From contig JAQGDQ010000036.1 in the NCBI GenBank assembly GCA_030141605.1, forward strand, positions 868,001 to 932,000: a stretch of 64,000 bases of DNA, written 5' to 3'. The notes below the pieces were generated by a model. The model made no database searches. It was not told the DNA's origin and saw nothing but the letters and a program-made list of their open reading frames with translations. Shown piece by piece: positions 50,815-61,000 of the stretch. The stretch's first letter is position 1. Each line of letters opens with the position of its first letter. Made by a program: the position numbers and the translations under genes. Source of the DNA: Tubiluchus corallicola (taxonomy: Eukaryota > Animalia > Priapulida).

Positions 50815-53800
50815 CATTATTTAGACTATCTAAGCTATTGGCTGCAACAACTGCATAATATTTTTAGGTTTAATGTACGTTTTCTGAATTTCACCCAACT
50901 CAGCACTTAGAATGAATGAATGCAGCATGAAACTGCATGTAGTTTTTCAAAATGCAAGATATGACTTCAGTAGGGCTAGTAGTGTTGTAACCATGAAGTG
51001 CAGCATTTTGCATAATGTATAACAGCTACACAAAGTAAATAAGCCAATTAGGCCTACAGTCTGTTTCTGTGAGGCCACTTTGGTTGAGTTACAATTTGAA
51101 GCCACAATTTTGATATATGAATGCATTAAACTGGGGCCTTGTATTAGTGATACACAGCCTGAGTATTAGTGATCAACTGCTATTGGTGGAACAGCCCCAA
51201 AAGGTGTGTTGAACATGAAAAAAATCAATGAATTTTGAGAGCGCTTAATTTTCTACTTAGTGAAGTGCATTTGAAGATTTGGAGAATATATCACTGCAAA
51301 TTTTGTATGGCAGAAAAAAAGACAAATACATAACTTTGATCACCTTAGCTGGAAAAATAAGGAGGCTACAGCTAGGATAGGTCTGTAAATGCTATAATAT
51401 TTGTAATGTAGTCGCTAAGCTGGCTGTGAGTGTCTAACTCCAGTAATATCATGAAGTGGAAATCAAGATGGTGCTAAGCAAGCTGCTCTTATGACGAAAA
51501 TAAAGGATTTTAACTCCTGCTAAAACACAGCTTTAGATTCTGTTAAAAAGTAAGCGATTTTAAACTATGCTGCAATGGAAGTAATTAAGCCTCTACTTTA
51601 GAAAGTTCCTCTATTCCTTCTTAAGGGAAAGTCAAAAGTTTTTGTGAACACATTCGGGATGTGTGGGTAGTCACTTTATATAACCTTTTAACATGCAGTC
51701 AGTACGTGCAGCATCCTAATTTACTTATATTCATGATGGGCACTTTAGGCAGTAATTCCGCTTGACTGATGAAACTGAAGCATGGGGTCAGCGGCTCTAT
51801 ATAATTATGAAACCCGCTGTCACTGTCACCCAGGATTTAATTTCCACAGGCCTAGAAGTCCTGGCTTAACAAAGGAATAAACACAGAATTGTTAAATTTA
51901 AACCAAACTCTCTCGAAAAAAGGAAATGTGAAAAAAATCAGGACACAGCCTGGATTTGAACGAGAAACTTCAGGTAAGTGGTAATAGAGCAGATGTCATG
52001 ACAGCTAGACTACCATGCATGCCCTAGTAATGACAGATGGTTTAAATTCATTCCTTACAAGCTTACAAACCAATTCATCATTTTCACGGTGCTAATTAAA
52101 ACTTTACAATTCACCATTTATTTTACTGGTGCTAAAGTAATTTCTGACTAATTAGATCAATTTTACTAATTATAATAATTTAAAGTGTGAAATGATCTGT
52201 GGGTCATGATATTTGCATGGTAGCATAGTAGTTTAGGTTCGAGTTAAATCTAAACTCAGTCCAGAGTACTTCTATTTCTTCTAGAACCCTTTTCAAAATT
52301 TAAAAAAATTGGTTTAAAAAATTTAACAATCATGGGTTTATTCTTAATAATAATAACCTTGAAATTAATAGTTACGAATAATTAAGAACTGGTGTACCTC
52401 CAAAAGGCCTATTACAAAATTATTTTTAAAATTATTAACATACAACAGAAACACTGCATTACTGTTATAGGTTTAAGCCAGCTGACCTACATTTGTTCAA
52501 GTTTCTGAATAGGCAGACAAGGCAAATTCAGGCCTGTAGTTCGAGGCCTATCTTGCTTCATTATTTTTTGGAAAAAACTCTAAACAGTAGCCAAATGTAA
52601 TACAAGTTAGTTCAAATGAGCATTGGCTGAATCCAAACTTTTGCAGACGATCTGCAAAAATTGTAAAAAAACATTGGACAACAACTAGCAACAGAATTCT
52701 TAAAATGAAATTAATGTGATAATATAACTCACACTTAAGCAAAGCAACCAAGGTTTATTATAATTACCATCATGAAAGATGTTAGGATTCACAGCAACAG
52801 AATTCTTAAAATGAAATTAATGTGATAATATAACTCACACTTAAGCAAAGCAACCAAGGTTTATTATAATTACCATCATGAAAGTTTAACTGCAAATGAG
52901 TCTTTAATTGGCAAATGAAAAAGAGCATGTGCCAATAAAAATAATAATTGAAATAATGGTACTTACATGCACTCACAGAAGCAGATTTTGTTCTTGGCAA
53001 TGGGGAAAGTTTACTACTATGTAAATGACCTAATGTAGCAGGACTGTGACTGGAGCTACTTCTGTCTCTCCCACTGTCAGCAGTTACTTTCATCTCAATC
53101 CTTGCATCTCCAGTCACACTAAATTAGTATTATTATTATTAGTAGTAGTAGTACTAGCCTTCGTTGCTAAAAATGTTACATACTATGTAAAATTAAAATC
53201 ACATTTGCATTAAAATTTGTATGCAACCAGTTTAAAAAAAACTGATAAAAAGCACTAGTGTCGCTACTAATAGGCCTACACAATCGAACTAACATATACT
53301 CAAAGCTAAATTAAAAATATTAACAAGTGATTAGAAAATTAGTTCAAAATACAAAATGTGAGCAAAATAAGAAAGAAATTTTCAAAAACATACAAAATAT
53401 GCATTACACGGACAATGAGAAATGAATTTTGGTAAATAAAGCACTTAATGATTTATAGAAGAAACTATGGCTATATCTTACAGATGTTATATAGCGTATA
53501 ACTATAGCTATCTATTACAGATGCAACAGATTTTAGTTACTTATACCAAAGTAACTTAGTTACTCATACCAAGAGTTTCAATTCATTACAGTTTCAATGT
53601 AATTGCTACTTGCATACTTTTACCACTTTTATAATTTGAGTGATTTTTATTTTTAACAAAAGTATCTTTTACTTTACTTTAAGAGGAGCTGACAGTTTAG
53701 GCTGTTTTGATGTTAGTTGGTAGGAAATTTCAGAGACCTATAGTCAGTTTACTTAGTGACTAGTATCCAAATTCATTACATGTTTCTACTTGTTTTAAAT

Positions 53801-56800
53801 TCATTGTTCGAACTGCTTAATCCCTTGCATTAAATATTATTATTTAAAATGCTCTAGAGATGTTACTAAATATTTATATATTTGATTATATTGCAATTGA
53901 GATTAGATTCAAAAAACAACTTAGAAACTAAAAAACCAAAACAGCTCTAAGTTAGTAACTGTCATGGTTAGTAAGGAATAACAAAGTTTACTGAAGTAAA
54001 GGTCAAACAAGGATGCATTACACATCACTTGAAAGGTCGAACAAGGATGCGTTACACATCATTTGAACACAAATATGAGATTTCTAAAAATTATTTCTTC
54101 AAAATTAAAAATTTTATCAGGTGATATTACTGATCAGGGAATCCTGCTAATTCTTTTGATTCCCTTGTCAATCCTAAAACTTTCCTTCACCAACGTTCAA
54201 CCAGACACTATTAAATCAGAAAAAAGAAAACAAGTTATTCTACCTGGCTAAGACACTGACTAAGCTAATCGGGGAATCATTTTAAGAAGCTTACACTTTA
54301 AAATCAATTCACAAAAACACATGTATTTGTTACATATATGTACCACTAATGTCTTACATATAGTAAGTGAAGTTATTTTATCTTCTAGGATTTAGCATAG
54401 CAAAAAGTGGTTCAAATCTCAAAAAAAGAAAAAATTGCAAGTTTTTAATTTATTGTACTTAAGTTATAAAGAGTTGTAAATTATACCTGTAGTTTCCTTC
54501 TTTCTCGCTCAGACTGCTGGTTACTTCAGACCCCGACCGCCGTAATTTGGGCTGTAGCTGAGTTAGCAGCAATTTAACTTGCCCTATGCATAAAATACAT
54601 TCAGTAATAAAAACAATATTCGAAATTCGATACCTATTTTTCAACATAATATGAATCACAGGTACGTCAACGCAATTTGACCCATGTGCAGTTATTGGTT
54701 TGAATTTTTATTTAACAGTTTTAATACTAACCTAATCGTTTGTTACCCTCATTCTTTTTGGCATTTGTTGACAATTTTGTCAAGTCTTCGAAGTTGATGA
54801 TAAAAAGTATTACTTGTCCATGCTCATTCTTTACTGGTGCTATAAGTACACTACACAGAAACTGCGAACCTGAAAAAACATTGTAACAAGTTTATTACAT
54901 GAATACCTTTACATGTAGTGAAACTCAAGTACACTTCACTCTTTCATTCCCCTTTATTTATAGAATTGCAATGAAATCTAGAAACTCCTAGAAATCAACT
55001 TATGCAAACAGCTGTGTAAAAGGCCAAAATTTGGCAGCACTTAAACAACCGAATAGACTTTAGCATAATATAATAGTATTGAAGCCTAGCATAGGCTTCT
55101 CCTTTTGGAAAAGGATACAACAAGCTGTTTATTATTCCATCGGTGGTGAAGCACCAAGTAAAGAAGCTAAAGAACTACATTTCTGGGATTTAGGAAAACA
55201 TATTGACACTAACGTATTTTACCAGGAACAGTCAACCAAATTAATACATAACCTGAGTGGCTGCTTCAGCTAGCATGCTATGCAGTTGCACAATCAATTA
55301 CAATTAGAATGTATGAAGTAATGCAAAATTTGCTTTTAGAGTGAGTATCTGCACTTGTACTAATACTATAAGTTTTGCACTTGACCCACAGTAATTGCAA
55401 ATCATTGTATACTAACTTTCCCGGTATTCGAAAGTTGGAAACACAGCCGAAACCAGATCATCGTCCAGATGCTTCTTTGGTAATCAAACCTCAAATGCTA
55501 ACACAGCTAAAAGAACGAGCTTTTAAATCACGTTAAACATTATCTTGAGGACCGAGTGCACCGAGTACCTACCTCATCATGTCTCATCATCTCGTCCTGA
55601 CTCTAGACTACATCAAAACCGAAGCCTTGCTATGTTTTACTTACGTACATTAGTGAAACCCAGCTTTAATTATTTCTGAGCATCCACTCAGACACCTCGA
55701 ACCATTTCAGTGCTTTTAACACCTGTTATATGGCTGATGATCAGTAATTTGTTTAAACAACCTCCTTAATCTTGCTATGTGAACACCATAATAATCGTTA
55801 CAGGGATTTTAGACACAGGGATCTTGAACACAGGAGTTTTGGGCACAGGGTATTTCAACACAAACATTTTGGGCGTATTTCGACACAGGTCATTTCGGCA
55901 CAAGCAAACTTGAACTCATTTGGACCCAAGGAGGCAAGGACAATGGGACAAGTAAGACATTTTGAACATAAAATAATTTGAACACATAGGACATGGACAG
56001 AAGAACATTTAGGCAATATTACAGGACATAAAAATGATAAAAAAATAAATTTGCGCTGATTGACCCACACCCTACCAGTGTGCCAAGTATCAACTTCTTA
56101 AATTACTCGATCCTGGGAAAAGTGGGCGAAAGATAAACAGATAGACTAACCACACCACACCAGTTCTATAGTTGCCCACTTCGTTATAGCAACTATAACA
56201 AAACCTGACAGAGTACAGGACGAGTACTGCATTGGAAAAGGTGGCAAAAGACAGACAGATAGATTAACCACACCGATATAATTCTATAGTTGCCCTCTTC
56301 GTTATAAAGCAACTATAACAAAACCTGACAGAATACGGGACGAGTAGTGCTTGACGATCTTGATATTTTCATACAGATACTTTTTCAGGCGGCAGTACGT
56401 TCACTCCATATTTATCAAAATTAGCAGATATTTTGATCGATGAGTGATCATGTGTTGATCAGTTCTCAGAAGAGAAGCTACATAAATTGTGTTTCCATGG
56501 AAGCTGCTGAACTATGAACCTTCGTTCGATTTTCAGGTTTTTGTTAAACTAAAAATATGAACAACAACAAATATGAACCTGCTCTACGCTGAAATCGAAG
56601 TACCCACCTAAAAGTAAAATGTCCAGAACACCCAGCATGTTTGTTGAGCAAAATAGAAGATAACTGCTTTATAATTAGGTGAGGTGGAGAAAAAATAAAT
56701 GAGTGGTCATGGTGTGTGCTGGATTACCTTAGTTAAGTAACGAGAAATTTGGGCAAAGTGTGGATGGGTGAATGCTCTGAAATTCGAATCTAAATATTTT

Positions 56801-57926
56801 TCTTTGGTAAATTGGTCGAACTACTTCTCTCACTGAGGTATGATAAACTTGTATCACCGAGCACATGAAACGAGGCAGAGTGTCTCATTCCTAGTTGAAT
56901 ATTGTTAATTATAAATCAGGTTCCAGTCCAGCCACAAATGTTTAGTTGAGCACAAAGACAGAGAACACTTAGAACGATAGTTATATTGTACATTGTCCCA
57001 TAACTGCAATAATTATATTGGTTGTGTTAAATGGTACGATCTCCCGATTGAATCCAGTGATACCACTGGCGCTTAAACATTTAATAAATTCAAATTGTCT
57101 AAATTGTTTAAAATAACTAGTGCTCAATGTCCGTTGTGTCCAAAACTATTGTGTCTAAAGACGACCAAAGTTTGAAAATAAGTCGCTAAAGTGGCGAAAA
57201 ACAGTTGCAAAGTCGTCACAACATTCTCAAAAGCCTCTCAAAACGTTTGCCAAGATTTCACGGGTTCTGAAATTATTGAGTACGTTTGGGACAAATATGC
57301 GAACATTTGACGCACATTACGGCAACTTACGACAGTTTGACGAAGCTTTGGCGAGGTAGTGAGTTTTGCGACTCTGACGAAAAATTTTAAACATTTTAAA
57401 GTTATACAGGTTCGCACTCGGGTGTATAACCAAGACAAGAATAAACGTCCTCATTCCTATTTATTATCGTACCGTAGTAGAATAAAAGACAACTGCGATT
57501 TTAAACGTTTTAAAAAATTTTTCCAAAGCCGGCAACCTTTTGGCGACAACGGCGAACACATGCGAATGCTTTGCGGCTGTTTGGCGAACTTTTGACGCAC
57601 GTCTGGCAACTGTTGCATTTGAAAATTTTCGAATGGTTGCCAAAGTCGCAAAGCATGGCTTAAACAGCTCATACGCATCCAATCACTTGGTGTCCAAATG
57701 ACCTTTGTGTCCAAATCGCCTTATGCTCAAATTAAGTATGTGTCGAAATAGCCTTGTGTTTAAAATGACCCATGTATCCAAATGTCTTGTGTCCATGTCC
57801 AAATTACCTATGTGTTGAAATAGCCTTGTGTCCAAAGTGTCAAAATGACGCATGCGTCCAAATGTCTGTGGACAAACATATGCATAGGAAAATACAGGCT
57901 TTGTAGTTTTTTGCTTTGCTCTCCCT

Positions 57927-58017
<91 letters not shown>

Positions 58018-61000
58018 CCTCCCTCCCTCTCGCGCGAATGTTGTCTGAGATCAGATAAATTTGGTATCATCAGTGAAAACATACTAATCCAATGGATGCG
58101 TTGAAAGCGATAAAGGCATGTTTGGTAACGCGATAGTTCGCTTTAAACACGAGACTAGAGCAAACACTTCACGCAAGACTAGGGTAAACCTTATTTCAAA
58201 CCTAAACACAAACGAGATGGTATAGTTTTGTCATACAAACAGCTGCTAACGCTAAATTCTTGCAAAGTGACAAAAGCATCGATAGTGTCGTAGGCGATGC
58301 AATACCAAACTGTGAAAAGCAAACTGTCCCATAAGCAAAAATCGTGTATTTCGGGTAAACAAGGTAAAATAATTATCTGTTTTCTGATTTCATTTGCACC
58401 AAGTTGCCAGTTTGCCCATGGGATTAGGGATCTTTAAAATGGGCAAACGGTTACTAACAACAAAAATTTAACTGACAAAATTTAAACTATTTTCCGCAGC
58501 TGTCTTTTATTCTACTACAGTACGCTAATAAATTAGGAATGAGGACGTTTATTCTTGTCTTGGTTATACACCCGAGAGGGAACCCGTATAATATTTACAA
58601 GACTGTAACAACACATAAGGGTGCTAACTTGTGGATGCGGTTTCAAACATCTCAACTGTGATAAAAACTCAAGTTACTAAGACGGCGAACGTCTGAATAC
58701 TGGCGCATTCTTTTGCAATTTTAACAAGTTCTGAATAAGGTCAAAACTAGGAACCACAAAAATTATATGGTTTGCTTTGCAAATGTTTTATGAATTTATA
58801 AAAGCGATAAAATGTGCTAACCCGTTACAGTTTGGCTTGTTTCTAAGCACAGTAATTGCATAAACTGAAAAAAGCGCACTATATTCAATCAGTAACGAGT
58901 TTAACTGCAGCACCTGTTTATCCGACGCTAATAATAGCTTGGTCAGAGCCAAAAACGATCTTGTTAATTATAGCTAAATTTAGTAAAAGTGCACTTGTAC
59001 ATAAGCTAAGTTTATAAATTTTACATTTACAAACTATTACCTAAAGAAAAATACGATGACCTATACGTAACTGATATATTTTAACTGATCAAACTTTCAT
59101 CTAAACCAATTTCAACAAATAAGCTTCTTAAGTTTCAGTATGGAACACGTACAAAATGTTAACCAGCTTGGCTGATCAATAACACATTCTATATGATATT
59201 GCGTTTGGGGCTTCTTTACTCTTACTTTGCGATTCCGTTATGGGTGGCTTCTTAACAGTTTCAGCAGCCAATAATAAAACCAGCAGGTATGTTCATGGTT
59301 TACTTTGCGTGCGCCAATGATGAATAGGTGACCTTCAGTTCACAACAAAAATTCATGCTGATTTCAAAACCGCATGCAGTAGTGAAACGATAGCAACAAC
59401 GTGGAGTACATACGTTAGAATCGATATATCATATTTGATAAGCTTTTACCCGTAGAATCACTTTGACCACTTAACGATCACCTCTATAATAATTTGCCTT
59501 TAGCAAATAAAATAAGAAAACTTTCGGTTTTAAACTTAACTGATACAGACAAAAAATACTTTTTACACCTGCCACATCCAGAGACTGTCAGACTGGCAGC
59601 AAATGCTATCAAATTACCGAGTTATAAGCGATAATTAATAGGGATAGGTCAACTTACATTTAGAATGTCCACAATCAATAGGGGAATGAAGCACACTGTT
59701 CAATAAGAACCTATTATGTAACAAAGCTCTTGGGTTAAAAGCCAACGCCATAATACTTTATCAATTACAATAATTACATATCATGAGGCTTCATGAGATA
59801 TACCAGGCATACAGCAGTGTTTTTCGGGCACAAACACATGCATATACATGCAATTCATTTAATTTCGAAGGAGCTGACTGTCCTAAAGTCTTGCATTTTG
59901 AGGCGATGACAATAGGGCACAGTAAACTAAAAGTTTCTCAGCATTTAAAGTTCTACAGTAATCAATTTCCAAGGCTTTAGTCTAGTTCTAAAGAGTACAG
60001 TACATTAAAGATGCCATTAACTGCTATCACTGCTGTATAACTGTGCCCCTGTCTCACAGAGTTATGGAATACAAAGACGAGCCATTCCAAATTTGACAAA
60101 TTCTTATTTTGCAGCCTAATATTAAAAATTTTTAGACAATTTTTCTTGCCAACTACAGAAAACCAACGCAGATTTTGACCTGCAGGGTCTATGAACAGTC
60201 AACGAACAAAATGATCCAGCAGGCTGTTGGCAGCAGCGTGCTATTAATGTACCGGACGAGGAACAAAAGCCAAGCTAATGATAAAAGCATATTACTAGCA
60301 ATCTAGTAAAAGTCTGCCGTGATCGCAGCAGATCGTCATTATACGTACATGACGAACATGAAAATGAATTCCACATCTACTGACAGAATCAGATTTTCGA
60401 TCCGCCATTTTGAATTCCAAATGGCGACAACAACATCACTTTCAACGGATCATCATGAAAGAATAAACTAAACCGAATTCTGCATCGACTAATGATGTCC
60501 AATTTCCGATCGGCCATTTTGAATTCAAGAAGGTAGCAATAATATCATTTAAAAAAAGCCATGCAAGGCTCCGCATGTTCACAACGAATTGTCATGAAAC
60601 TAGGAATACACTAGAACAAACTTCGCGAATTCGAATTCATGATGGTATTGAAGATGGATATCAAAAAATCCTATGGCACCATCAATTCACACTGGTTCAC
60701 CATAAAACTTTAGAACATACTAGAATTCTGCATCGATCAACATAGTCAAACTTTCGATCAACAACAATAACAACCATATAGATTTCACTTAAATTTATAG
60801 AATACATAAGTTATTAGCAGAAAAAATATAACAGAATTTAGAACAATAAGTAGATAGTACCGTCTTTCCTGTAAAATTCAATTTCTGTCTGACTTTCTTC
60901 TTTGCTAGAAAGAGCATCATTAAGATCCTCTATGGCTTCTTTGGACGTTTCCGGTCCAAAGAGGAAGTCGCAGCAGCAGGACTTCTGTATCACCTCAGCC

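Noticed and set aside
51945-52020. tRNA gene
   Set aside because: Only A/B-box remnants; acceptor and anticodon stems do not pair.
57840-58104. RERE/LSLS ORFs
   Set aside because: Translation artefacts of the (CT)n microsatellite.
60395-60530. Repeated GCCATTTTGAA (YY1-like) motifs with a small hairpin
   Set aside because: Looks like a decayed interspersed repeat; boundaries and regulatory function cannot be supported.
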